A stretch of 64,000 nt of DNA from an uncultured delta proteobacterium (lineage in GTDB: Bacteria; Myxococcota_A; Polyangia; Polyangiales; Houyiibacteriaceae), in assembly GCA_963845195.1 (NCBI GenBank), contig CAWJRH010000001.1, forward strand, positions 1,202,212 to 1,266,211. Reading direction: 5' to 3'. This document shows positions 21,266 to 31,173 of the stretch, piece after piece. A program made the position numbers and the translations under genes. Positions within the stretch are counted from its first letter, which is position 1. Each line of letters begins with the position of its first letter. Under the pieces are notes generated by a model, which was given only the letters and a program-made list of their open reading frames with translations, did not search any database and was not told the origin of the DNA.

Positions 21266-22225
21266 TCAACCCTCCGACTCAGTCGTGCGGGCCGCTGCGG
21301 CGAGGTCGGGGTGATTCGGGTCGATGATATCCGGCTCTAAATAGATGAGCTGTTCGAGCGGAACCGCCGCCCGCGCTGCGGTTTCTGCGCGGTCGATCGC
21401 CTCGGTGATTTCGACGCCGTCGAGTGTCGGGGAGAGCTGAATCTTCGCGGCCACAAGAAGCTCGTCGGGGCCGATGTGCTGCGTACGCATGTGAATGACG
21501 TGGTCGACTCCTCGCGCCCCTTCGATCGCGTCGACGATTTTCCGCCGCACCGGCGCGCGCGCAGACTCGCCAATCAGCAGGCTCTTCATCTCCCAGACGA
21601 GCACCGCCGCGATGACGACGAGGAGCACCCCGATCGAAACCGTCGCGTAGGCATCCCAGCGCGAGTCGCCTGTGTACCAGGCCAAAGAAACTCCCAGGAG
21701 CGCGAGAACCAGCCCGATCAGCGCCCCGAAATCCTCGAGGAGCACAACCGGCAGTTCGGGCGTTCGCGAATGTCGGATGAACTGCCACCAGGTGGCACGC
21801 CCTTTGAGCGGACGTGATTCCTTCACGGCCGTTCGAAAGGAATAGCCTTCGAGCAGGATACCGAAGCTGAGAATCGCGATGGCCCATTGGGCATTCTGGA
21901 TTCCATGGCTCGCCTCTTGGAGCTTGTGTACGCCCTCGTAGATCGCGAACATGCCGCCGAGTGTGAACAAGACCAACGCGACGATGAACGACCAGAAGTA
22001 TCGCTCGCGCCCAAACCCGAACGGATGCTCTGAAGTCGCCAGTCGCTCGGCCTGTCGACTTCCGAACAAGAGGAGCGCTTGGTTCGACGTGTCGGCCACT
22101 GAGTGGATTGCCTCGGCAAGCATCGAGGACGAACCCGTGAAGAAGTAGCCAACGAATTTAGCTATCGCGATTCCGAGATTCGCGAAGAGTGCGGCGAGAA
22201 TCGCCTTCCTGGAGCCTGACGCCAT
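21266..22225 (-). CDS. Cation diffusion facilitator family transporter
   Basis: AEAIHSVADT, HPFGFGRERY, VLLED motifs; six TM helices plus C-terminal domain. Confidence 0.92.
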   Translation of the reverse strand: MASGSRKAILAALFANLGIAIAKFVGYFFTGSSSMLAEAIHSVADTSNQALLLFGSRQAERLATSEHPFGFGRERYFWSFIVALVLFTLGGMFAIYEGVHKLQEASHGIQNAQWAIAILSFGILLEGYSFRTAVKESRPLKGRATWWQFIRHSRTPELPVVLLEDFGALIGLVLALLGVSLAWYTGDSRWDAYATVSIGVLLVVIAAVLVWEMKSLLIGESARAPVRRKIVDAIEGARGVDHVIHMRTQHIGPDELLVAAKIQLSPTLDGVEITEAIDRAETAARAAVPLEQLIYLEPDIIDPNHPDLAAAARTTESEG

Positions 22226-22275
22226 GGCGCGAGGCTAGGGATTGGGGCGTGTCTGTCAACTGAGTTCGTCCCTCT

Positions 22276-22590
22276 TCAGCGGCCGCCGGCGCCGGCGGCT
22301 CCGGCCTCTGGGCCGAGGAAGCAGGTTTCGCGTGCCGCCCACTCGTCTTGGCACGCACTTGGCTCGCAGGCGCTCGCCGTCACGCATTCGTAGTACACAC
22401 GCGTTTCTTCGGGACAGAGGCCCTCGAGCGCATCACCGACCACGGTCTCACAGTTGTTGAACTCGAAGACGCAAATCTCGCAGTAGGCGACGGCGGTTGG
22501 ATCAACCGGAGTGTCGTCCGAGGATTTGCAGCCCAAGGACGCCAACGCCATGACGCAGAGCCATGATCCGACGGTGCGGACGACCAGCAC
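22276..22590 (-). CDS. Small Cys-rich lipoprotein, unknown function
   Basis: Lipobox LASLGC, 8 further Cys, Gly-rich tail; start GTG 22590 or ATG 22551. Confidence 0.6.
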   Translation of the reverse strand: MLVVRTVGSWLCVMALASLGCKSSDDTPVDPTAVAYCEICVFEFNNCETVVGDALEGLCPEETRVYYECVTASACEPSACQDEWAARETCFLGPEAGAAGAGGR

Positions 22591-22738
22591 GACGGTACGA
22601 TGCCCCGGTTTCGGGTTTGATCGCAACTGCAAACGGCAGTCAATGAGGAAGGTGAGGGCATGGCTCCGATTCGGACAGGTTTCCCGCGCTCCTGTGAGGG
22701 ATTTCGTGGTATTCCCAGCTCCCATGGAGGTCAGCCTC

Positions 22739-23119
22739 GTGTTGCGACGCCTCGTTACCGTCTTCTGTTGCCTTGGAATCCTTGCCTGCTCGAAAGGCGG
22801 GCCTCCGACAACTCCCAAGACCGCCAGCGCTGACCGCGCTATTAGCCTGGAGGCACTCGACTACCCCATCGGCTCCACCGACGTCGAGCGCGGTGCCGTC
22901 GTCTACGCCGAGTTCTGCGAGGGGTGCCATCCTGGAGGTCAAGAAGGCGATGGGCCCAAGATCGCCGGCATGAGCGAGTCGCCTTCGGAGTTTCGCTACC
23001 AGGTTCGAAATGGGCATAAAGACATGCCCGCCTTCGACGAGTCGAAGATTCCTACGGAGGACCTCGAGGCGCTACTGGCCTACGCCGTGACCCTGGGCGT
23101 CGTCAGTCCGTCCCTCTAG
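22739..23119 (+). CDS. Monoheme cytochrome c lipoprotein
   Basis: GGAGG then GTG; lipobox ILAC; CEGCH; distal Met in DMPAF. Confidence 0.85.
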   Translation: MLRRLVTVFCCLGILACSKGGPPTTPKTASADRAISLEALDYPIGSTDVERGAVVYAEFCEGCHPGGQEGDGPKIAGMSESPSEFRYQVRNGHKDMPAFDESKIPTEDLEALLAYAVTLGVVSPSL

Positions 23120-23131
23120 CGGTTCTACACG

Positions 23132-24343
23132 TTAGTCGGCGACGACTGGTGACACCTGCAGCACCGCACCGGTCTGTCCGCTTCCGTCCGTCGTAACATA
23201 GAGCAGGCCGTCGGGCCCCATGCGAGGCGAGCGAAGCCGCCCTCGGTTCTCGACCCAGCGTCCACCGTCGGTGCTTTGCCCGTCCTCATCGACGAAGTAC
23301 AAATGAAGGTGCTGCGCCTTGAGCGTGGCAACCACCAGCGCGCCCTCCCAGTCTGCCCAGTCGCTTCCCGCGACGAACTCTGCGCCGCAGTAGGCCAGGG
23401 TGGGCGCTCCGGTCGAAAAGGACGCTTCGATCGCATCGGGGAACTTCTCGAGGTCGGTCATCGGGACCGATTCGTTGTAACCAGGAACCGGATCCCAGCC
23501 GAAGTTGCCGGGTACGAGCACATTGATTTCATCATCGGTGTTGGGGCCGTGCTCCGCGGACATGCCAAGTCCGTCGCTCTGACGAAACGCGACGCCCTGA
23601 ACGTTTCGATGGCCCTTCGAATGCCAGCGGAGTCCGCTCGGGTTGTCTGAGGCTGCGTTGCCGTCTCGATCGACTCGCAGAATTTTTCCGCCGAGCGAGT
23701 CATCGCCTTGTGGGGTCACCCCTATTGCGGCATCTCCGGTTCCCACCCAGAGGTAGTCGTCCGGGCCGAACCGCGGACGACAGCCGCTGTGACGCCCCGT
23801 GCTGTAGGGCATCCCCGTCACGATGTCGTTTCGGGCGACCACGGAGTCGCCGCTCGGAGTACTCAGCGTGTAGCGCACGACGCGCACGTCGTTTTCACCC
23901 CCTGCGTCCGAGCAGAAGCAGACGAACACGTACCCGTTCTGCTCGAAGTCGGGGTCTACCTCGAGACCCAGCATCCCCCCTTCGCCGACTGCAACGAGGT
24001 CCTCGGGCTCGATCACGAACGGCGGCTCGTCGATGCCGTCGACGAACACGTTGAGGCGCCCTGGGCGCTCGGTTACCAGCACGGTGCCGTTGGGGAGCCA
24101 GCCGATGTCCCAGGGTCGATCGAACCCTTCGATCGCGGTGGTGACCTCCAGTCCCGTCACGATCCCGACAGCGCCGCCCGTGCCACCGGAGCCGGCGGTT
24201 CCGCCCGTTCCCCCTGTACCGGAGCCATCGCCGGAGCCGCCCGTTCCGCAGTCCGAGCATCCTTCGCTCCCCGTGCCGCAGCCGGCCAGCGCGAGAGAAA
24301 GTGCCATCGTTGCGAGGAAGGTTGATCGATGAGGTGTTCGCAT
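23132..24343 (-). CDS. PQQ-dependent sugar dehydrogenase (glucose/sorbosone family) lipoprotein
   Basis: Lipobox LAGC, Gly linker, PWDI, TERPG, GEGGMLG, FGPD..LWVGTGD, GHRNVQG. Confidence 0.88.
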   Translation of the reverse strand: MRTPHRSTFLATMALSLALAGCGTGSEGCSDCGTGGSGDGSGTGGTGGTAGSGGTGGAVGIVTGLEVTTAIEGFDRPWDIGWLPNGTVLVTERPGRLNVFVDGIDEPPFVIEPEDLVAVGEGGMLGLEVDPDFEQNGYVFVCFCSDAGGENDVRVVRYTLSTPSGDSVVARNDIVTGMPYSTGRHSGCRPRFGPDDYLWVGTGDAAIGVTPQGDDSLGGKILRVDRDGNAASDNPSGLRWHSKGHRNVQGVAFRQSDGLGMSAEHGPNTDDEINVLVPGNFGWDPVPGYNESVPMTDLEKFPDAIEASFSTGAPTLAYCGAEFVAGSDWADWEGALVVATLKAQHLHLYFVDEDGQSTDGGRWVENRGRLRSPRMGPDGLLYVTTDGSGQTGAVLQVSPVVAD

Positions 24344-24430
24344 GGATCTCCTCGGGCTATTCAAACACCCGCGACGGGCGTACGCCAGTCGACAACACGC
24401 CAAGTCTGTGAGGTACACTACGGTCAAACA

Positions 24431-25396
24431 ATGACCGCCCAGCGATCCAAGTTTCCGGCCGCACTTGCACAGCTCGATCTCAACCTTCTGCTCACGCTGG
24501 ACACTCTACTCGAAATGCGCAGTGTCACCGCGTCGGCGGAGCGCTTCGGCGTGACGCAGTCGGCAATGAGCCACCGACTTGCACGCCTCCGCGAGTTTTT
24601 CGAGGACAGTCTCTTGGTAGCCGCGGGCGATAAGCTCGTCCTCACGCCGAAGGCCGAATCGCTTCAGGGACCTCTGCGCGAGGCACTCACAGGCTTGCGC
24701 GAAGCCGTCATGCCGGAGCCTCCGTTCGCGCCGGCGGAGACCGTACGCACCTTCACCGTGGCGTCTGCCGATCTTGCAGAAATCACGCTTCTGCCGCGTT
24801 GGATTCCCGACCTCGCGCGGAAGGCACCGGGTGTGAACATACGCATGGCGGGCCGAGGCGCCGTTCGCGGGGAGGCGCTGATCGCGGGCAGCGTTGATCT
24901 TGCGATAGGGCCTGGTCAAGGAACGGTTCCTGGGGCAGCGCTGCAAGCGACCGCCGGCATCCGGCAGCGCAAACTGCTCACCGAAGGGTTCGCTGTCTTG
25001 GCCCGAGGCAACCATCCGCGCGTGCAAGGACCTCTGTCGCTCGAGCAGTATCTCGACGAGAGCCACTGCCTCGTCTCTCCAGACGGTAGGCCCGGCAGCG
25101 TGGTCGATGCCCGTCTCGCCGAGCAGGGCAAGCAACGGGTGGTTGCGGTCCGCCTGGCGCATTTTCTGAGCGCACCCTTCTTGGTGGCGCAGACGGACCA
25201 CCTCTTGACCTGTCCGACGAGTCTCGCGGAGGCGGTCGCCAAACCGTTGGGCCTGCGCATACTAAGGCCTCCCTTGGAGCTTCCCCGCACTGCGATCCTT
25301 CTCTACTGGCACGAGCGGCTCCACGATGATCCCGCCCATCGATGGCTTCGCGACGGTCTGATGGAACTCACCGCGGCCTTCCGAAACCCAGGCTAG
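24431..25396 (+). CDS. LysR family regulator (NodD/LeuO-like)
   Basis: LDLNLLLTL..SVTASA..TQSAMSHRLARLR HTH; C-terminal WHER..DPAHRWLR. Confidence 0.92.
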   Translation: MTAQRSKFPAALAQLDLNLLLTLDTLLEMRSVTASAERFGVTQSAMSHRLARLREFFEDSLLVAAGDKLVLTPKAESLQGPLREALTGLREAVMPEPPFAPAETVRTFTVASADLAEITLLPRWIPDLARKAPGVNIRMAGRGAVRGEALIAGSVDLAIGPGQGTVPGAALQATAGIRQRKLLTEGFAVLARGNHPRVQGPLSLEQYLDESHCLVSPDGRPGSVVDARLAEQGKQRVVAVRLAHFLSAPFLVAQTDHLLTCPTSLAEAVAKPLGLRILRPPLELPRTAILLYWHERLHDDPAHRWLRDGLMELTAAFRNPG

Positions 25397-25408
25397 CGCT
25401 GCCGGTCG

Positions 25409-25446
25409 ATGAGTCGCCTGCATACCCCGCATGATGAGAGTTCATG
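25409..25446. promoter_or_regulatory. Tandem T-N11-A LysR-type boxes
   Basis: ATGA-N7-GCAT at 25409 and CATGA-N7-TCATG at 25430-25446, 22 bp apart. Confidence 0.45.
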
Positions 25447-25512
25447 GCCAAAACGCCGGACCGGGGCGACTTGAGCACTAGGGTTCTCTTGAACATCACC
25501 CAAGGAGAATCC

Positions 25513-26013
25513 ATGCGTATCATTGCCGTTCTCATCCCTACCTTGTTCCTCGTCACGACCCTGGGCCCACACCTCGCCCACGCGGACGAGACCCCGACGA
25601 TCTCGATCGAGACCACGCCGGACGAGTTCCAACTGCAGCCCGCTGCCGTCGAGTTCAGCTATGAGGACTACAAGATTCAAGAACTAGAACGAACGGCCCT
25701 GCGTTCCCGCAACGCCCTCATCGGAACCTCCGTGGCTGCTGCGGTGGGTCTCGCGTTGGTGATCCCGGCCAGCAGCGGTCAGTGTAACTCGACTGAAGAA
25801 GTCGGCGGCGACAGTTCCTACGAATGTACACGCGCGGGCAATGCGCTTCTCGGGGTAGGTTCGCCGCTCGTCATCGGCGGGCTCACCGGGGCCGTCGTCA
25901 GCGGCATCATCCTCGGCGTCCGCAAGGGCAAGCTTCGACGACTCAACGACAGCTTCGTCGCGCTCCCGAAGCGGGCCGTGAGTGTCGATTCCGCGGGACG
26001 CCTGGTGTTCTAA
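25513..26013 (+). CDS. Hypothetical exported/membrane protein
   Basis: AAGGAG RBS, signal peptide ending AHA, two Gly-rich hydrophobic segments around a Cys pair, C-terminal Phe. Confidence 0.65.
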   Translation: MRIIAVLIPTLFLVTTLGPHLAHADETPTISIETTPDEFQLQPAAVEFSYEDYKIQELERTALRSRNALIGTSVAAAVGLALVIPASSGQCNSTEEVGGDSSYECTRAGNALLGVGSPLVIGGLTGAVVSGIILGVRKGKLRRLNDSFVALPKRAVSVDSAGRLVF

Positions 26014-26066
26014 TCTCTCTAGCCCGCCCTTGAACGGGCCACCGGAGGCGTGCATATGCATCGGCA

Positions 26067-26915
26067 GTGGCCAAGATTGCGCTGATCGGCGATTTACACG
26101 GAAGCTGGGACAACGATGACGTCCGAGCGTTCAATGCCTCAGACTACGAGGCGATGGTGTTCACCGGGGACCTGGGCAGCGGCACCGAACGCAACAGCGT
26201 GGACGTTGCACGCTCGATCGCGGGCCTCACGAAACGCGCCATCGTGATGCCGGGCAACAACGATGCTGACTTTCTTCCGGAAATTGCCGCCGAGTTCGGG
26301 CACCAGCGTGGAATCGCGGAACTGATGGAGCTTGCCGGGCGTCAGACGCTCGAACGGGCAAACATCGTGCTGTGCGGCTACCGACTCCACAGCCTCGCGA
26401 TTGGAGGGCGGAAACTCACGCTGCTCACGGCGCGACCCTGTGCGATGGGTGGCGGGGAGTTCAGCTTCCCGGATGCGATTGGCCGCAACTATGGCGTCCA
26501 CGACATGCAAGAGTCGACCGATACGCTCCTTGGACTCGTCGATCAGGTTGCAACCGACATGCTGTTCATCCTCGCGCACAACGGTCCTCACGGACTCGGG
26601 GAGAAGGCGTCGGACATCTGGGGCTGCGACTTTCGGGACGAAGAGGGCGATTGGGGCGACCCCGACCTCGCACGTGCGGTAGCACGGGCCCGTGAGCGCG
26701 GACTCGAGACGATAGTTGTGGCCGGACACATGCACCACCGACTCCGGAGCGGAGGCCGAAGGACTTGGCAAACTCGATGCGATGAGGTGCTCTACGTGAA
26801 CCCCGCGCGCGTCCCCCGGATTTACGCGGGCACCGATTCGGAGCTTCGATACCATGCGGTCCTCGAACTCGATGAACACGGCGCGACGATTCGAGAGGTC
26901 GAATGGCCGAACTAA
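26067..26915 (+). CDS. Metallophosphoesterase (TIGR04168-like)
   Basis: GDLHG, TGDL, PGNND, LAHNGP, GDWGDPDL, AGHMH. Confidence 0.85.
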   Translation: MAKIALIGDLHGSWDNDDVRAFNASDYEAMVFTGDLGSGTERNSVDVARSIAGLTKRAIVMPGNNDADFLPEIAAEFGHQRGIAELMELAGRQTLERANIVLCGYRLHSLAIGGRKLTLLTARPCAMGGGEFSFPDAIGRNYGVHDMQESTDTLLGLVDQVATDMLFILAHNGPHGLGEKASDIWGCDFRDEEGDWGDPDLARAVARARERGLETIVVAGHMHHRLRSGGRRTWQTRCDEVLYVNPARVPRIYAGTDSELRYHAVLELDEHGATIREVEWPN

Positions 26916-26932
26916 GGCGCGTGCGCCCAGGG

Positions 26933-27442
26933 TCAGTCCAGCATTGCGACTGCGGCGTCCGGGTCTTCTCCCACCTCTTCGGCCAGTAGCTCGAGCGCCG
27001 AGCGTTCTGGGTCTGTGGCCTCTCCGTTCGCAAGAATCGCAGCGGCGGCGAGGTCCACCGTTACTTCGCTGTCGGCGTGGTCCGCGGCGATTTGCGCTGC
27101 GACGGACGAGATCCGGGCTTCGATCCCGTCTCGCTCGAGCGACTCGTCGAACGACTTGAGCATCGCATCGATGGTGACGTCGTCGACTGCATCCGCGGTG
27201 AGCGTGCGGACGGCCCCACGCAGCGCGCGACGTTCGCTCTCGTCGCAGCCGCCATCCGCGTTGACCATCAGAAACACCGCTTCTGCCATTGGAGCGACGC
27301 GATGCAAGATCGCGCGGAGTTCGGGGGTGCATGCGGGGGGTTCCAGGGCCGCCAGGTGGCCGTTGGGCTCTGGCTGGAGCGCACGTCCGCGCTCGAGGAT
27401 GAGGTCGCGAACCCGTGTCACGAGATCGTGGTCAAAATGCAT
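26933..27442 (-). CDS. TerB-like protein
   Basis: LMVNADG..DESER and ANGEATDPER helical repeats. Confidence 0.7.
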   Translation of the reverse strand: MHFDHDLVTRVRDLILERGRALQPEPNGHLAALEPPACTPELRAILHRVAPMAEAVFLMVNADGGCDESERRALRGAVRTLTADAVDDVTIDAMLKSFDESLERDGIEARISSVAAQIAADHADSEVTVDLAAAAILANGEATDPERSALELLAEEVGEDPDAAVAMLD

Positions 27443-27584
27443 GGGGCGGTTCTAGGGCCCTGATTCCACTGGGGAAAGGCGTTTCGGGGGGCGGAGTGGT
27501 CTCCCGGCTTGCCGGCTGTTAAGTTAGTGGGTCCGGCGATGACAATCGAACCTCGTTGCTCGGGCGTATTGTAGGAGTTTGCGG

Positions 27585-28478
27585 ATGATTTCGAACCCCG
27601 GACGGCTTCCGGACTTCCTCATCATCGGCGCGGCCAAATCAGGCACGTCGTCACTGCACCGCTATTTGTCGGACCATCCCAAGGCCTTTGGCTCGAATCC
27701 GAAGGAGCCCTGCTTCTTCGACGAGGCCGTCAACTGGCATCGCGGTTTCGACTGGTATCGCGGGCTCTTTGCCGACTCGGACGAAGACCAGCTCTGCTTC
27801 GAGTCGTCGACGAATTACACCAGGTACCCGCAGGTGCCGAAGGTGCCTGAACGCATCGCCGCGTGCATGCCCAAGGTCAAACTCATCTACCTCATGCGCC
27901 ACCCGGTGGAACGGGCCTACTCGCACTACGTGCACCGGTTCACCAAAGAGGTGTATCCGCAGCAACCGATCGACATTCCGTTCGAAGAGTTCGTGCGAGA
28001 GGATCCGATGTGCCTCGATGGCAGCGACTACGCCATGCAGATCGACAGATACCTCGAGTACTTCGAGCGCAGTCAGCTTCTCTTGTTGACGCAAGACGAA
28101 CTCGAGACGGACCCGAGCGCGCTGCTCGCCAAAGTGCAGGCGTTCCTCGGACTCCCCGCGATCGAACTGGTCCCGGATGAGCCGGTCACCGAAAACGTCA
28201 GCTCCTCGTTTCGGGAGATCGTCCAGCGTCGCAAGATGGCCGAAGCCGTCCGGAGTGTCCCCGGCATGACCTCGATTGCCGCGCGGCTCCCCACCGGCGT
28301 GAAGCAAGTGGCCTACGAGGCGCTGTCTGCAACGCCCTGGGGAACTCGAACGCAACAGATGTTCGAGCCGCCTCCCATGCGCCCGGAGACCCGCCTAGAA
28401 CTCGCTACGCGCTATGCGCCTTCGGTCGATCGACTCGCCGCTCTGATGGGCGAAGACCTCACGTCCTGGCGCAGCTAA
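27585..28478 (+). CDS. PAPS-dependent sulfotransferase
   Basis: PDFLIIGAAKSGTSSL (5'-PSB), KEP.FF, RHPVERAYS (3'-PB). Confidence 0.92.
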   Translation: MISNPGRLPDFLIIGAAKSGTSSLHRYLSDHPKAFGSNPKEPCFFDEAVNWHRGFDWYRGLFADSDEDQLCFESSTNYTRYPQVPKVPERIAACMPKVKLIYLMRHPVERAYSHYVHRFTKEVYPQQPIDIPFEEFVREDPMCLDGSDYAMQIDRYLEYFERSQLLLLTQDELETDPSALLAKVQAFLGLPAIELVPDEPVTENVSSSFREIVQRRKMAEAVRSVPGMTSIAARLPTGVKQVAYEALSATPWGTRTQQMFEPPPMRPETRLELATRYAPSVDRLAALMGEDLTSWRS

Positions 28479-28493
28479 GCCTTTGCGCTCGTT

Positions 28494-30071
28494 TCACCAC
28501 CACCAGATCACGGTGGCGACGGTGACGATGCTGAGCAGGCAGGCGTAGAGCCGATAGTCTTGGGTCCAGGGACCGTCGCGCTCGGGCTTCGCATCGCGCC
28601 AGCGAAAGCGATTCGCTTCTACTCGTTCTCGAGGAGGTGCGCTGGTGGCGAGACTCACTCCGACGACCAGCGCGAGCGACACCACGAACATCACGACGGC
28701 GCCGTAGAGGTACTGCAGCTCGAACCAATGGAAGAGCTCGAAGGCCGACCACGCCAACAGACCCAACGGCATGCCGACGAGGAGTCCCGCGAGCGCACCG
28801 GGCGTGTTCGCTCGGCGCCAAAAGAGCCCGGCGACGAAGACCGCGACGACGGGAGGCGTGAGGTACGACAGGATCGACTGGAGGTACTGCCAAAGCGTCG
28901 GGAACCGCCCGATCTGAGGGGTCCACAGTACGGCGAACATCATGAACACCAGCGTCGCGATGCGTCCGAGGCGAGCAAGACGCTCGGTGCTCATCCCTGG
29001 GCGGGCGGTCTGGACGAAGTCCATCGTGAACAGCGTCGATGCAGAATGAAGGATCGCTTCGAGACTCGACAGCATCGCAGCGGTGAGGACAGCAAGCATG
29101 AACCCCCGAAGTCCGATTGGGAGAAGGTCGAATGCAAGCATAGGGAACACGAGGTCGGGATTGTCGAGGTCCGGGTAGAGCACGGTGGCGAACACGCCGG
29201 GTAGAATGAGGATGAACAGGTTCGGAAGCTTGAGCAGGCCGGCGAACAGCGCACCGCGCCTTCCGTCTTCGAGGCTTCGCGCGCCGAGTGCACGCTGAAT
29301 GATGAACTGGTTGGTGCACCAGAAGTAGGTTCCCACGATGAACACGCCGGCGATTCCCGGCCAAGGCATCACCGCGTCGTCCGCCGGACGCATCAGGCGC
29401 GTCGCTCCCGGCGGGGCGGCATCGACGACGGCCTGCCAAGAAGGCACGGCCTGCCATGCGAGTACGGAGATCAGAATGCCGCCGACCAGAATCAGCAGTG
29501 CCTGCAGCGCATCGTTGGCGACGACGGCACCCAGCCCGCCGAACGCGATATACACGCCCGCAGCGACTGCTGCGATGGTGATGGTGATCCAGATCGACAC
29601 GCCCGGGAGCAGCGTCTTGACGACCATCGCGCCTGCATAGAGCGAGCCCGGGGCATCGACGAGCATGCTCGTGAGCAGGAGCATCGCGGAGAACGCAAGT
29701 CTTGGGGCGCGGCCAAACCGTCGTTCGAGATACTCGGGGGCCGTGTAGACTCGGCCGCGGAGAAACACGGGGAGGAAGAAGACGGCGAAGACGATCAGCA
29801 GAATTGCGGGCATCCACTCGTAGTGAAAAACGCTGATCCCGTACTGGTACCCAGCGCCCGGTAGCCCGACGAAGCTGCTCCCGCCCATGTTTGCCACGTA
29901 GAATGAGAGACCGATGATCGGCCATCGCATGCGGTGTCCCCCGAGAAAGAAGCCTTCCGCTCCCTGGTCTCGAGTCCGTCGGGCGAAGTACCAGCCGAAC
30001 GCGACGCGGGTCAGAACCACGTAGCCGATCAGGATCGCGAGGTCCCAGGAGGAGATGCGAAGCTCGGGCAT
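28494..30071 (-). CDS. Sodium:solute symporter (SLC5 family)
   Basis: FFLGGH..RW, PEYLERRFG, YFWCTNQFIIQRAL, STLFTMD; many TM helices. Confidence 0.93.
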   Translation of the reverse strand: MPELRISSWDLAILIGYVVLTRVAFGWYFARRTRDQGAEGFFLGGHRMRWPIIGLSFYVANMGGSSFVGLPGAGYQYGISVFHYEWMPAILLIVFAVFFLPVFLRGRVYTAPEYLERRFGRAPRLAFSAMLLLTSMLVDAPGSLYAGAMVVKTLLPGVSIWITITIAAVAAGVYIAFGGLGAVVANDALQALLILVGGILISVLAWQAVPSWQAVVDAAPPGATRLMRPADDAVMPWPGIAGVFIVGTYFWCTNQFIIQRALGARSLEDGRRGALFAGLLKLPNLFILILPGVFATVLYPDLDNPDLVFPMLAFDLLPIGLRGFMLAVLTAAMLSSLEAILHSASTLFTMDFVQTARPGMSTERLARLGRIATLVFMMFAVLWTPQIGRFPTLWQYLQSILSYLTPPVVAVFVAGLFWRRANTPGALAGLLVGMPLGLLAWSAFELFHWFELQYLYGAVVMFVVSLALVVGVSLATSAPPRERVEANRFRWRDAKPERDGPWTQDYRLYACLLSIVTVATVIWWW

Positions 30072-30091
30072 ACACGAGGGTTGCTTCGACT

Positions 30092-31159
30092 TTGGGTCTA
30101 TCGCAAGACTTCGCTGTGTCTCTACTCAGTCGAACGTTTCTCGGCAACGATTTTCAGACCTGGCTCATCGCCCTCGGGATCGCAGCCGCGGTGTTCGTCG
30201 TGCTCGGGGTCATCCAGCGTATTCTCCGCGGACGAACCGAGCGAATCGCCGCCAAGACCCGCACCGTCATAGACGATGCGATCGTCGGCGCGCTGCAAAA
30301 GACCAAGCAGCTCTATCTGCTGGTCCTCTCGGTCTTTGTGGGCTCTGCGTGGCTGGCCCTCCCGGAGGGGACGAGGTCGATCTTTTGGCGCGCGATGGTC
30401 GCGGCGACGCTCGTCCAGGGTGGCCTCTGGCTCAGTGCGGCCCTCGACATCACGGTCGAGCACTACCGCCGGGAGAAGCCTGACAGCGAAGACCGGATGA
30501 CGCTGAGCGTCCTCAACTTCCTGGCGAGGCTTGCGGTCTGGGCGACAGTCACCCTCCTGATCCTGGACAACCTCGGGATCGACGTGACGGCCCTCGTGGC
30601 AGGCCTCGGCATCGGCGGCGTCGCGGTCGCACTCGCCATACAGAACATCCTTGGGGACCTGTTCGCGTCGCTCTCCATCGTCCTCGACAAGCCGTTCGTT
30701 CTGGGAGATTTCATCGCGGTTGGCGACCTCTCGGGATCGGTCGAGCGTATCGGGATCAAGACCACCCGCATCCGGAGTATCTCGGGTGAACAGCTAGTCT
30801 TTGCCAACGGAGATCTGCTCTCGAGTCGAATCCGCAACTTCGGCCGCATGGAGCAGCGCCGTGTGTCTTTTCGAATCGGAGTCACCTATGAAACTCCCCC
30901 AGAGAAGCTCGAGCGCATCCCGGCGATCCTCCGCGCGGCGATCGAGGCCGAAGACAAGACGCGCTTCGACCGCTCGCACTTTGCCTCGTATGGCGATTCC
31001 TCGCTCGACTTCGAGACGGTCTACTACGTGGACAGCGCCGAATACGGCCTCTACATGGACATTCAGCAGTCCGTGAATCTCGCGGTCTACCGGAGGTTCG
31101 CCGAAGAAGGCATCGAGTTCGCATACCCGACGCGGAAGGTGCTGCTCCACAAGGACTGA
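30092..31159 (+). CDS. MscS family mechanosensitive channel
   Basis: LVAGLGIGGVAVALAIQ, DKPFVLGD, GSVERIGIKTTR, GIEFAYP; start uncertain (TTG 30092 or GTG 30116). Confidence 0.9.
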   Translation: MGLSQDFAVSLLSRTFLGNDFQTWLIALGIAAAVFVVLGVIQRILRGRTERIAAKTRTVIDDAIVGALQKTKQLYLLVLSVFVGSAWLALPEGTRSIFWRAMVAATLVQGGLWLSAALDITVEHYRREKPDSEDRMTLSVLNFLARLAVWATVTLLILDNLGIDVTALVAGLGIGGVAVALAIQNILGDLFASLSIVLDKPFVLGDFIAVGDLSGSVERIGIKTTRIRSISGEQLVFANGDLLSSRIRNFGRMEQRRVSFRIGVTYETPPEKLERIPAILRAAIEAEDKTRFDRSHFASYGDSSLDFETVYYVDSAEYGLYMDIQQSVNLAVYRRFAEEGIEFAYPTRKVLLHKD

Positions 31160-31173
31160 GTTTCTGGTCCGGT

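Noticed and set aside
22739-24343. Cytochrome c as dedicated electron acceptor of the PQQ dehydrogenase
   Set aside because: The genes are convergent, not co-transcribed; adjacency alone is insufficient.
26933-27442. Tellurite-resistance or anti-phage ter operon
   Set aside because: Single TerB-like gene with no other ter genes nearby.
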